In this document: positions 17,957 through 26,687 of the stretch, piece by piece | Layout of the letters: the number at the start of each line of letters is the position of its first letter | Numbering within the stretch: position 1 is the first letter of the stretch | From: an uncultured Saprospiraceae bacterium | Lineage (GTDB): Bacteria; Bacteroidota; Bacteroidia; Chitinophagales; Saprospiraceae | Assembly (NCBI GenBank): GCA_964517145.1 | Contig: CAZFBN010000004.1 | Location: forward strand, 3,461-67,460 | Reading direction: 5' to 3' | Length of the DNA: 64,000 bases | Position numbers and translations under genes: made by a program | Notes under the pieces: model-generated | Told to the model about the DNA's origin: nothing | What the model saw: the letters and a program-made list of their open reading frames with translations, nothing else | The model's database searches: none

Positions 17957-20275
17957 ATGTTGAAGCGATTTGTACTACTAGGCTTTTTTTTAACAATACT
18001 TACACGGCTATGGTCTCAAAATCAACCCGATTCGTTGCCGACGGTACACTTTTTTCCTGCCAGCGGCTTTTATCAAGAGTCCGTTGAAGTAAAATTAGAC
18101 GCCGAAGGTGCCACCATTTATTACACCACAGATGGGACGCGCCCCTCGCGTCGATCTTCGGTTTACACCAAGCCCTTTGAATTGCGTACTACCTCTATTG
18201 TTCGAGCTGTCGTATTTAAAAATGGCGCTCCAGGTAGGTACTGCGCCAGCACTTATTTTGTCAATGAGCCAGAAACAGATTTTCCGGTGGTGTCTATTGG
18301 CATCACACCTAAATTGCTATTTGACCCTGAAAAAGGCTTGTTCATGCAGGGGAGCCACGCCATTGATACTATGTGGCAGAAGTATGGCGCTAATTTTTGG
18401 AGTTACAAAGAAGTGACGGCAAACGTAGAAATTTTTGAATCGGATGGCAAAAGCGTGTACAATAGCTTGTCAGGTTTTCGCTTGTTTGGCGGCATGAGTC
18501 GCTTGTTTCCACAAAAATCCCTGACGCTGGTTGCCAGAGAAAAATATGGCGCAAAACGATTTGAATACCCCATTTTTGGCAAAGAAGGTTTGAAAGATTT
18601 TAAATTTTTGGTGCTGCGCAATTCCGGCAGCGATTGGGGCAAGAGCCACATGCGCGACGCCCTGATGATCGGGCTACTCGACGATTGGGATATTGACAAG
18701 CAAGCCTACCGGCCTTGTCATGTGTATATCAATGGTATGTATTGGGGCATTTATGATATCCGCGAAAAAGTGAATCGTTTTTTCATTGCTGATCATAATA
18801 AAGGGGTGGACAAAGACAGTATTGACTTTCTGGAGCACAATGTCATCAAGCGCCGCGGCAGTACGCGTCACTACCGCCGCATGTTGGCTTTCCTGGAAAA
18901 ACACAGCCTCAAAGATCCCACTCATTACGCCCAGCTTCAGCAGTGGATGGATGTAGAAAATTTTATGCAACACCAAATTGCCGAAATTTATTTTGACAAT
19001 CAGGATGCCGGTGGTAACATCAAATATTGGCGTCCTCGTACCTCCGATGGACGCTGGCGTTGGATTATTTATGACACCGACTGGGGTTTTGGGCTGCATG
19101 ATGAACAGGCATATTTAAACAATAGCCTTGCATTTCATACCGAAGCCAACGGACCGGCTTGGCCCAATCCGCCCTGGAGCACCTTTCTACTGCGTAAATT
19201 ATTGGAAAATTCTGATTTCAGCGAGCAGTTTGTCAATCGCTATGCCGATCATTTGAATACCACTTTTAGTGCGGCTCGGGTAGAAGGACGCATAAACGAT
19301 TTTTACAATATGCTCAAGCCAGAGATGCCGCGGCAAATCAAGCGTTGGCGATTGGATCCGTTGAAATGGGAGCATGAAGTGGATGTGTTGCGCACGTTTG
19401 CGCGCGAACGCCCCCTGTATGCTCGCCTCCACCTCATGGATCGCTTCAACACGGGCGCTATGCGTACCCTGCGTGTGCAGGCGGAAGGTGGCGGTATGGT
19501 GCTGATTAACAGCTATTTAAAAATAAAAACTAAACCATTTGAAGGTGTTTATTTTGAAAATGTTCCCATTACACTCAAAGTAATTCCACAGAATGGCTAT
19601 CGTTTTGTACGTTGGGAAGGGATAGATGCCTCGAAAGAAACGCGGGAATTGGTATTGCAATTAAAACAAGATACAACGAGCATTCGTGCGATTTTTGAAA
19701 AATTTGAGCATCCGTTAGCCGGAAAGGTCATCATCAATGAAATCAGCGCAAATAATCGCCAGTCGAGCGATTGGATTGAAATTTTCAACAATTCGGAAGC
19801 GGAAGTCAACCTGCGCGATTGGGTGCTGAGTGATTTGAAAAATGAGTTTTTATTTCCAAATGTAAGCATTGCGCCAAACGATTACCTTGTGGTGTGCGAG
19901 GATACGCAAAAGTTTTTCACTCAATTTCCGAATGCTTACAACGTCATCGGTGGATTGAATTTTGGCTTGAATAAACGAGCCGAACAGTTGCAATTGTTTG
20001 CTTCTTATGGTGCCGTTGTGGATAGCGTTTATTATGAATTGACGCCGACCGATTCGGTTTTTACTTTGAATTTACTGCTTCCAAATTTGGAAAACAGCGA
20101 TCTGGAGAATTGGGAAGCGCGTCCTGGCGTCGGCTCGCCCAATGCTCCCAATCCTTACTTTCTGGAAAGCCGCATTCGCATCAAGCAAAAACAGTGGGTG
20201 GAAATGGGTATCGCTGCTGGCGTGGTGGTGCTGTGTGTGATGCTGCTGGTGCTGCGACAAAAGCGAATATTGTAA
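17957..20275 (+). CDS. CotH kinase-family protein with an N-terminal chitobiase/hexosaminidase-C-like domain, a lamin-tail domain and a C-terminal TM anchor
   Basis: Signal peptide, then FPASGFYQESVEVKLDAEGATIYYTTDGTRPS (CHB_HEX_C-like). A CotH-like core follows (LRNSGSDW...HVYINGMYWGIYDIREK...YFDNQD...NIKYWR...RWRWIIYDTDWGFG), then LTD-like VIINEISANNRQSSDWIEIFNNSEAEVNLRDWVLSD. The end is hydrophobic: IAAGVVVLCVMLLVLRQKRIL. Confidence 0.8.
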   Translation: MLKRFVLLGFFLTILTRLWSQNQPDSLPTVHFFPASGFYQESVEVKLDAEGATIYYTTDGTRPSRRSSVYTKPFELRTTSIVRAVVFKNGAPGRYCASTYFVNEPETDFPVVSIGITPKLLFDPEKGLFMQGSHAIDTMWQKYGANFWSYKEVTANVEIFESDGKSVYNSLSGFRLFGGMSRLFPQKSLTLVAREKYGAKRFEYPIFGKEGLKDFKFLVLRNSGSDWGKSHMRDALMIGLLDDWDIDKQAYRPCHVYINGMYWGIYDIREKVNRFFIADHNKGVDKDSIDFLEHNVIKRRGSTRHYRRMLAFLEKHSLKDPTHYAQLQQWMDVENFMQHQIAEIYFDNQDAGGNIKYWRPRTSDGRWRWIIYDTDWGFGLHDEQAYLNNSLAFHTEANGPAWPNPPWSTFLLRKLLENSDFSEQFVNRYADHLNTTFSAARVEGRINDFYNMLKPEMPRQIKRWRLDPLKWEHEVDVLRTFARERPLYARLHLMDRFNTGAMRTLRVQAEGGGMVLINSYLKIKTKPFEGVYFENVPITLKVIPQNGYRFVRWEGIDASKETRELVLQLKQDTTSIRAIFEKFEHPLAGKVIINEISANNRQSSDWIEIFNNSEAEVNLRDWVLSDLKNEFLFPNVSIAPNDYLVVCEDTQKFFTQFPNAYNVIGGLNFGLNKRAEQLQLFASYGAVVDSVYYELTPTDSVFTLNLLLPNLENSDLENWEARPGVGSPNAPNPYFLESRIRIKQKQWVEMGIAAGVVVLCVMLLVLRQKRIL

Positions 20276-20498
20276 TCTTTCAACTACTAGCGCGCGAAGT
20301 ACAGTGTAATAAAAAGTTTAACATTTGTTAATCTTCTCTCCTGGCAACAATTGGAACGCGGACGACACGGATAACGCGGATAATCGCAGCGTTTCTGCGT
20401 GTTAGCGGTAATTGTAGGAAACTCAAAGATATTTCTAAGGACAATAATGAATTTAAAAAAATATCAATAACATTAACTCTACTTAATAAACTTAAACA

Positions 20499-20648
20499 TA
20501 GGGCAAAAGCATCAAAGAATGTTATTTGGTTCTCTTATTTTTAGTCTAAAAATGAATATGGTCTTCAATGTATTATGAATCTAAAAATTTTAAACTTGTC
20601 TGTTTTTGATGAAATTTCCAAATCTAATTTTTTGATGCGTTTGCCCTA
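20499..20648. mobile_element. MITE-like 150 bp element (22 bp terminal inverted repeats, 9 bp flanking direct repeat); an invertible promoter segment is the alternative
   Basis: The left end is tagggcaaaagcatcaaagaat (20499-20520). The reverse complement of the right end (20627-20648) is tagggcaaacgcatcaaaaaat, a 20/22 match. The flanks are acttaaaca (20490-20498) and acttaaata (20649-20657). Confidence 0.45.
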
Positions 20649-20659
20649 ACTTAAATACG

Positions 20660-21145
20660 ATGAGAAAATATTTATTAAATTGTTTTATATTAACAATTCC
20701 AATAATGATTTGGAATATTGTTTTGGCAGATAAATTACCTAACTCATATCAACCAGAAATATTCTGGAAAGATATTCCTAGTTTCTTGACTTATGGGGAA
20801 AATATTTCACGAATATTTGTATTTATACTTTCATTTCTAATGCCCATAAACTTTTCAACTAACATACAAAAAAAAGGATTACTAATTTACGTTTTTGGGA
20901 CAATATTGTACTTTTCGTCTTGGCTATTTCTAATTTATTTTCCAGACAGTAGATGGAGTAATAATGCAATCGGATTTATGTCACCAGCATACACCCCATT
21001 AATATGGTTGACAGGAATTGGACTAATTGGAAACTCGTTTTATTTCAATTTACCATTCAAGCGCTGGTTATTTTTTTTAATATCTTTAATATTTTTGATA
21101 TTTCATAATTACCATGCTTTAATTATATTTTTGAGAACTCATTGA
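20660..21145 (+). CDS. Hypothetical polytopic membrane protein (about 5 TM) encoded in an AT-rich islet
   Basis: 161 aa ORF with several hydrophobic stretches. Its composition is strongly AT-rich compared with its neighbours. I recognise no family. Confidence 0.55.
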   Translation: MRKYLLNCFILTIPIMIWNIVLADKLPNSYQPEIFWKDIPSFLTYGENISRIFVFILSFLMPINFSTNIQKKGLLIYVFGTILYFSSWLFLIYFPDSRWSNNAIGFMSPAYTPLIWLTGIGLIGNSFYFNLPFKRWLFFLISLIFLIFHNYHALIIFLRTH

Positions 21146-21431
21146 TTCACAATAAGCAAAAAGATGACCAAATGAAAAAAAAAACCAATAACATATAATA
21201 TATGCTTTAATTAAGGGCTTTTGTGGTAGGTTGAAACATTGTGCAAGAAGGAAACATTTGTGCAACTTCGAAACGATAGTATCTTGAAATCCCGCATCAT
21301 ACGCATATGGTTTTTCGATCTGCGGGAGTTTTTATGCGTTTTTTGCCATAGACAAAAATTTAAACAATTATTATCGTGATGTAACAAATTGCTTATTGCA
21401 ATGTAATAAAAACTTCTGTAAAGTAAATGGT

Positions 21432-23918
21432 TTACTCTGCTTTTAAACCTCGCCCTGCAAATTGGCGCGTCGTTTTGTCCATCTCCCAAACGGATTTTCC
21501 ATTCACCCACACTTTCAAGACGCCGGTGGTCAGTGCACCAGGATTTTCAATGGTGGCATGATCCGCAATTGTTGCTGGATCGAACAAAACCAAATCAGCA
21601 AAATAACCGGGTTTGATGCGACCCCGATTTTTAATCCCTAGATTATCAGCGGTTAAGGAGGTCATTTTGCGAATGGCTTCCGTCAAGGAAAAATGATTTT
21701 CTTCACGAACGTATTTTCGTAATATTTTAGAAAAACTACCTGCGCCACGCGGGTGCGATCCATTGAGTGTGCCATCAGAGCAGATGCAGCTCCATTCCCA
21801 AGCGGCAATCTTCGCAATATCCGCCGGGTGCATGCTGGTACAAATGATACTTTCATCGGCTTGCTCGTCCAATGATTTTTTGATCAAATCCAAATAAACC
21901 ACCTCCGGTGCCTGCTTGCGGTCGGCGGCGATTTGCGCCAGGGTTTTGCCTTCTACCGATTTGTCGGCATCATAATACGCCACAATCATGCCTTCCGGCG
22001 TGGTCAATTCGCTGAGGGCATATTTTGCAGCGTTCAGGTCTTCAAAATTGCGTTCTGGAAATAAAACCGTCATCGTACTTTGCCAATATTCATAAGGATA
22101 CACATCAGCTGTAATGTTAATACCTTCTTTTCTCGCATTGTTTAAAATTTGCAACAAGCTATCCGCTTTGCCCCATTGACTCACGATGGCAATTTTCATG
22201 TGCGACACCTGCACGGGAATTTGATGCGTTCTGCCGATATTGATAATTTCTTCAATCGAATTCCAAAAATAGCGGTCTTCACTGCGAATGTGACTGATGT
22301 AGCGTTTCTTCGTTTCTTTCAAAACTTTCGCCAAATCCAGCACTTCTTCGCGCGTTGAGTAGATGCCAGGGTCATACTCCAAACCAGTGGACAAGCCCAG
22401 CGCACCCGATTTCAGCTCTTCCCACAGTAGTTCTTGCATTTTTACAATTTCAAACGGCGCTGCCTGACGGGTAAAATTGCCTAAAGCTTTGCGTCTCAAA
22501 GTGTTGTGACCAACGTAAGACGCCACATTGACCGCCACTGGCACGGTATCGAGTTTCGCCCACAAATCCTGTAAAGGATAGTAAGAACCACCATCCTGCC
22601 CAATGACAATCGTAGTAACTCCTTGACTTACAACCTCTGGCATATCTCGTTTTTCAAACATGTCTCTATCGTGATGGCTGTGCGCATCAATAAATCCGGG
22701 TGCCAACACTTTGCCATTTCCATCCAGCGTGGATTCGTTTTTTCGAGGATTTAAGTTGCCCACTTCCAGTATTTTTTCGCCTTGCACTCGCACCGCTCCC
22801 GCGAAAAGCTTGCCGCCGCTGCCATCTGCAATTTTTACATTGGTAATCAAGGTAGTACGGTAGCGATCGAGAATTTTGTTTGCGCCTTGAATCAAAGTGT
22901 TTGGACGAGCGCTGGAGTTTGTAAGCACAATTAATTCAAACGGACCCTTCAAATCGCGTTGGATGTAATTGGCAAAACCAACCCAGCCGCCGGTGTGCTG
23001 CACACGCGAGGCATCGGGCAACAAACCCCAGCCAAAGCCGTAGTAACTTTTGATTCCATCGTTCAAAATGTATGGCTGATAAGCTTCCTGCATAGTTTCG
23101 GCTTTCACCAATTTGTTTTGATACAACGCCTGGCTCCATTTGTGCAAATCGCCAACAGAGGCATAAATATTTCCATCACCAATGACACCATCAATATTGA
23201 ATAAATCATTTTTTACAATTGTATCAGCTTTATATTCAAATCCAAATACACGATTTTTTGGATATTTAGACATGTCGATAGTGTAAGCAAATGTCTCTTT
23301 TAATTTTAAAGGCTTGATGATGTTTTCGGTCACGAAATCGTGAAAACGCATGCCAGAAACCACCTCCACGATGGATGCCAAAATCAGGTAGCCTGTATTG
23401 CTGTATTGAAATTTATTGCCAGGTTTAAAATCAAGCGACGGTCGGTGTTTGGTGTACAAAGCTAAAAAATCTTTATTTGTAAAAATTTGATCTTTAGGAA
23501 ATTCCTTTTCGTACAATTCAAAATAATCGCCATAGCCGGCGGTGTGCGTCATCAAATGGCGAATGGTAATATTGTCATAAAATAGGTCTGGTAAATATTT
23601 CGTCATCAGGTCATCATAATCCAGTTTACCTTGTTCTTTCAAAATCATGATGCACATGGTGACAAATTGTTTAGAAACCGAAGCGAGGTTGAAAGAACTG
23701 TGCACCGTCAGCGGCACTTTTTCCAAGGCATTTTGATAACCCAGGGCATTTTGGTATAAAATTCCATCGTTGCTGGCGACCAGCATTGCCGCACTAGAGC
23801 GGGTGCGCTGATGAAAACCTTTAAAAAGCGTATCCAATTCGTAGGCGATGCCCGAAGATTGCGCATTTGCACTTAAACAAAAAAATACAAATAGCGCGAT
23901 GAAGCCATTTTTGAGCAT
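21432..23918 (-). CDS. Secreted fusion protein: serine hydrolase (class C beta-lactamase / PBP4-like fold) plus N-acyl-D-amino-acid deacylase (amidohydrolase)
   Basis: Signal peptide. SxxK in LASVSKQF and YxN in YSNTGY mark the N-terminal ~340 aa. This is followed by LAPGFIDAHSHHD and a long amidohydrolase_3-like region typical of D-aminoacylases. Confidence 0.8.
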   Translation of the reverse strand: MLKNGFIALFVFFCLSANAQSSGIAYELDTLFKGFHQRTRSSAAMLVASNDGILYQNALGYQNALEKVPLTVHSSFNLASVSKQFVTMCIMILKEQGKLDYDDLMTKYLPDLFYDNITIRHLMTHTAGYGDYFELYEKEFPKDQIFTNKDFLALYTKHRPSLDFKPGNKFQYSNTGYLILASIVEVVSGMRFHDFVTENIIKPLKLKETFAYTIDMSKYPKNRVFGFEYKADTIVKNDLFNIDGVIGDGNIYASVGDLHKWSQALYQNKLVKAETMQEAYQPYILNDGIKSYYGFGWGLLPDASRVQHTGGWVGFANYIQRDLKGPFELIVLTNSSARPNTLIQGANKILDRYRTTLITNVKIADGSGGKLFAGAVRVQGEKILEVGNLNPRKNESTLDGNGKVLAPGFIDAHSHHDRDMFEKRDMPEVVSQGVTTIVIGQDGGSYYPLQDLWAKLDTVPVAVNVASYVGHNTLRRKALGNFTRQAAPFEIVKMQELLWEELKSGALGLSTGLEYDPGIYSTREEVLDLAKVLKETKKRYISHIRSEDRYFWNSIEEIINIGRTHQIPVQVSHMKIAIVSQWGKADSLLQILNNARKEGINITADVYPYEYWQSTMTVLFPERNFEDLNAAKYALSELTTPEGMIVAYYDADKSVEGKTLAQIAADRKQAPEVVYLDLIKKSLDEQADESIICTSMHPADIAKIAAWEWSCICSDGTLNGSHPRGAGSFSKILRKYVREENHFSLTEAIRKMTSLTADNLGIKNRGRIKPGYFADLVLFDPATIADHATIENPGALTTGVLKVWVNGKSVWEMDKTTRQFAGRGLKAE

Positions 23919-24011
23919 GGGTCAGAAATTTGGAGGGAAGATAGCAAAACGGCAGGTTATTTCATTAAAATTCAAAAATGGAGTTTTTATGATCGTTTTT
24001 TTTCATACGGG

Positions 24012-24647
24012 CTACCGATACACCGGCTCCTCCAGAATTGCCAGCAATTCGTTCAACATCATGGCAGTGGCACCCCACACCACTTTTCCTAAAAGATTGA
24101 AATAAGGCACGCGTTTCAAAATTAAATTTTGTGCCAATTGTAAATCAATCGTTTGTACAATTTCTGGTTGTTGAAAAAGTGAAAAAGACACCTCCAGAAT
24201 AGATCGCACTTCTCGTTCCTGCCGCACAAAGGTGGGGGTTTCTCGCATAAAACCGACATAGGGATTTGCCTGAAAATTGCTGACCGGGATGTATAAATTG
24301 GTAAGTGCCCCCAGTAGTTCAATTTTGCTGGCATCCACGCCGACTTCTTCTTCCGCTTCGCGCAGTGCCGTATTGGCAAGGGTTCCGTCGCCTTCTTCAT
24401 ATTTGCCCCCCGGAAAACTAATTTGTCCTCCATGACGATCATTGGGGTTCGAGGCATCGCGTTCGATAAAAACCAAGTGCCATTCGTCTGCTTTGGGGTA
24501 AAACAATGCCAACACCGCTGCCTGACGAGCATTGCCCGGCACCGGCACATCCGATTGGCGAGCGCCATGCGCCATGCGGTACTGCACCTCTCGACCGGGG
24601 AGCGGCTGCTGCAATTTATCGGCTAATCGTAGAATAAAATCATCCAT
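24012..24647 (-). CDS. NUDIX hydrolase, CoA pyrophosphatase-like
   Basis: Nudix box GGQISFPGGKYEEGDGTLANTALREAEEEVG. Length 211 aa. Confidence 0.8.
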   Translation of the reverse strand: MDDFILRLADKLQQPLPGREVQYRMAHGARQSDVPVPGNARQAAVLALFYPKADEWHLVFIERDASNPNDRHGGQISFPGGKYEEGDGTLANTALREAEEEVGVDASKIELLGALTNLYIPVSNFQANPYVGFMRETPTFVRQEREVRSILEVSFSLFQQPEIVQTIDLQLAQNLILKRVPYFNLLGKVVWGATAMMLNELLAILEEPVYR

Positions 24648-24776
24648 ACGACTGGAAAACAGCTAGAAAGGAAGCGCGGTTTAGCCTGGAAAAGAATTTT
24701 TTTGGCAGTAGCGAAGTGTTAAATTCGATCGTTATCGGGAGGTGTTTGGAAAGCAGCATGCTATCTTTATGAAATA

Positions 24777-24826
24777 CAGCGTAAACGCTGTGCTACGAAA
24801 GGCAGCGTAAACGCTGCACTACGGAA
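24777..24826. repeat. Two tandem 24 nt hairpin-containing repeats (26 bp period)
   Basis: cagcgtaaacgctgtgctacgaaa (24777-24800) and cagcgtaaacgctgcactacggaa (24803-24826). Each contains the hairpin cagcg-taaa-cgctg. Confidence 0.7.
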
Positions 24827-24860
24827 AAACCCTGACCGCGCAATGGCTGTCAGGGTTTTT
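24825..24860. terminator. Bidirectional rho-independent terminator downstream of hemD
   Basis: aaaaa-ccctgac-(12 nt)-gtcaggg-ttttt. Confidence 0.65.
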
Positions 24861-24885
24861 CAGAAAAAAGCTATGATACGACTGC

Positions 24886-25668
24886 TCAATCTTTGTTGGA
24901 GTCTTGCAAATAAAGCTCCAATGCCATTGGCATACTTGGTGCGTCAGGGATGGGCGCTTTAATGTTGACGGTCAAGCCTCGCTCTTCTACTTCTTTAGTC
25001 GTACTATTGCCAAAAACGGCGATGCGGGTTTCGTTTTGTTTAAACCCTGGAAAATTATCGTACAACGACTTGATATCCAACGGACTAAAGAAAACCAACA
25101 CATCATAGGTCACATCGCTCAGGTCGCTTAGGTCGCTGCTTACCGTTTCGTACATCATAGCATCCTGGTATTGGTAGCCATGCGATTCCAGAAAAGACGT
25201 CACATCTTTGGCACCCAAGTTGGAGCAAGGCAGCAGAAACTTTTCATTTTTATGCTTTTTCAAAGCAGAAGCCAGGTCTTCAATTGTTTTTGTACCTGCA
25301 AAAACCTTGCGTTTGCGATAAACAATAAACTTCTGCAAGTAGTTGGCAATTTGCTCGGTCAAGCAGAAATACTTAGTTTCCTGCGACATTTTGATGCGCA
25401 TCTCCTCGCACAGGCGGAAGAAATGATCCACTGCGTTTTTACTGGTAAAAATCACTGCCGGATACTGGTCAGGATACACGCGTTGTTTGCGGAAGTCTTT
25501 TGCCACTACGGGTTCTACATGAATAAATGGACGCCAGTCTATTTGTAAGTTGTACTTCTTTTCCAAGTCGTAGTAGGGAGAACGGTCTGGTTTGGGCTGA
25601 GTCACAAGTATGGTTTTAACTTTTTTCAAAGTTCCTGCTTGTGCTTTTCCATTTACTGCCATCATCAA
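24886..25668 (-). CDS. hemD: Uroporphyrinogen-III synthase (HemD-like)
   Basis: KTILVTQPKP...YDLEKKYNLQIDWRPFIHVEP...AVIFTSKNAVDHFF is the typical Bacteroidota HemD-like protein, and it is paired with the DUF4271 neighbour. Confidence 0.7.
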   Translation of the reverse strand: MMMAVNGKAQAGTLKKVKTILVTQPKPDRSPYYDLEKKYNLQIDWRPFIHVEPVVAKDFRKQRVYPDQYPAVIFTSKNAVDHFFRLCEEMRIKMSQETKYFCLTEQIANYLQKFIVYRKRKVFAGTKTIEDLASALKKHKNEKFLLPCSNLGAKDVTSFLESHGYQYQDAMMYETVSSDLSDLSDVTYDVLVFFSPLDIKSLYDNFPGFKQNETRIAVFGNSTTKEVEERGLTVNIKAPIPDAPSMPMALELYLQDSNKD

Positions 25669-25697
25669 ATAAAAATTTTTTATTTTTAATACCAGCC

Positions 25698-26585
25698 TTA
25701 CTTAATTTGGTTTAACAAAAGTTTTACCAAAAAAAAGACAGGTGCGATTTCGACGGTGCAAATATACAACAAAAAGTGAAATTTGTGAAATGCTACAAAA
25801 CGATTTGCAATAGCCAATCCTCTTAAATAACGGAACAAATAGATGAGCCCTAAAGTTCCTAGGGCAAAGTAAAACAAATAAGATTCGATATGGTCGGGAC
25901 CATACGCTAACAAGACGTTTACAGGCGCTAGTACCAATCCGATTATAACCGAAAAAATGATAATCAAAAAATTGTACAGGCGTGTCTCCTTTTGAATAGG
26001 GAAAACTGCGCCGACGATGCTTACGATGAGGTGCTTGGCAACAAAAATGACGACAATAGCGCCCGTGCAATATAGCCAACCCAGTAAGTGTGTGTTTGCC
26101 ACAGCAATTTTGTAATGGTCTAATACCAAATACAAAAACAACCCTGCATTAAGAAAAAATAAAATGTATAGCAGTATAAATGGCGTCAAGCCTATGCTTT
26201 CGCGCTCTCGATACACCTGATTGAACATGTTGTCGCTGCCAAATGCGCTGTACACCTTTTGAAAAAATGGACGCAAAAACGTCATCAGCAGGGTGAGCAG
26301 CAACAGCGTAATCATTAAGGAAATGAACAAAAAGCGCTTGTAAGCACCTTCTTTGCTAATTTTTGGCTTGGCAGGGCGCACTGCTTTTTTTGTTGGGGCG
26401 GCAGTCGATTCTTTTGTAGGTGCTACCAGATCGAATGGATTGGAACTGACGACGGTAGGCTGCTCGAAAGGCGTTCCTATCGTTTCCAGCCGAGGCGTAA
26501 GCTCGAAAGGATTGCTGCTTTGCTGTGCGAAGATTCCTTGCCACAGACAACTAGCCAAAATGAGCGTACTGATAATTTTTTTCAA
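25698..26585 (-). CDS. DUF4271-like polytopic membrane protein
   Basis: Signal peptide, a Pro/Ala/Lys-rich linker and six or more TM helices. It is the conserved partner upstream of hemD in Bacteroidota. The family name is from memory. Confidence 0.65.
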   Translation of the reverse strand: MKKIISTLILASCLWQGIFAQQSSNPFELTPRLETIGTPFEQPTVVSSNPFDLVAPTKESTAAPTKKAVRPAKPKISKEGAYKRFLFISLMITLLLLTLLMTFLRPFFQKVYSAFGSDNMFNQVYRERESIGLTPFILLYILFFLNAGLFLYLVLDHYKIAVANTHLLGWLYCTGAIVVIFVAKHLIVSIVGAVFPIQKETRLYNFLIIIFSVIIGLVLAPVNVLLAYGPDHIESYLFYFALGTLGLIYLFRYLRGLAIANRFVAFHKFHFLLYICTVEIAPVFFLVKLLLNQIK

Positions 26586-26687
26586 AACAAATAATGAGTT
26601 TAACCCAATTCACCCACAAAATTACGGAATTGGCGTTGTTTTGTTACAAAAAAGCGATTATTTCTATCGCCAAGCGCCCTATTTGGA

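Noticed and set aside
21211-21510. A 99 aa minus-strand ORF at the right edge of the AT-rich islet.
   Set aside because: It overlaps the 3' end of the 828 aa fusion gene in another frame and runs through the degenerate GCGGAT-type repeat (translating to ...KNSRRSKNHMRMMRDFKIL...). There is no plausible start context, so it is probably an artefact of repeat DNA.
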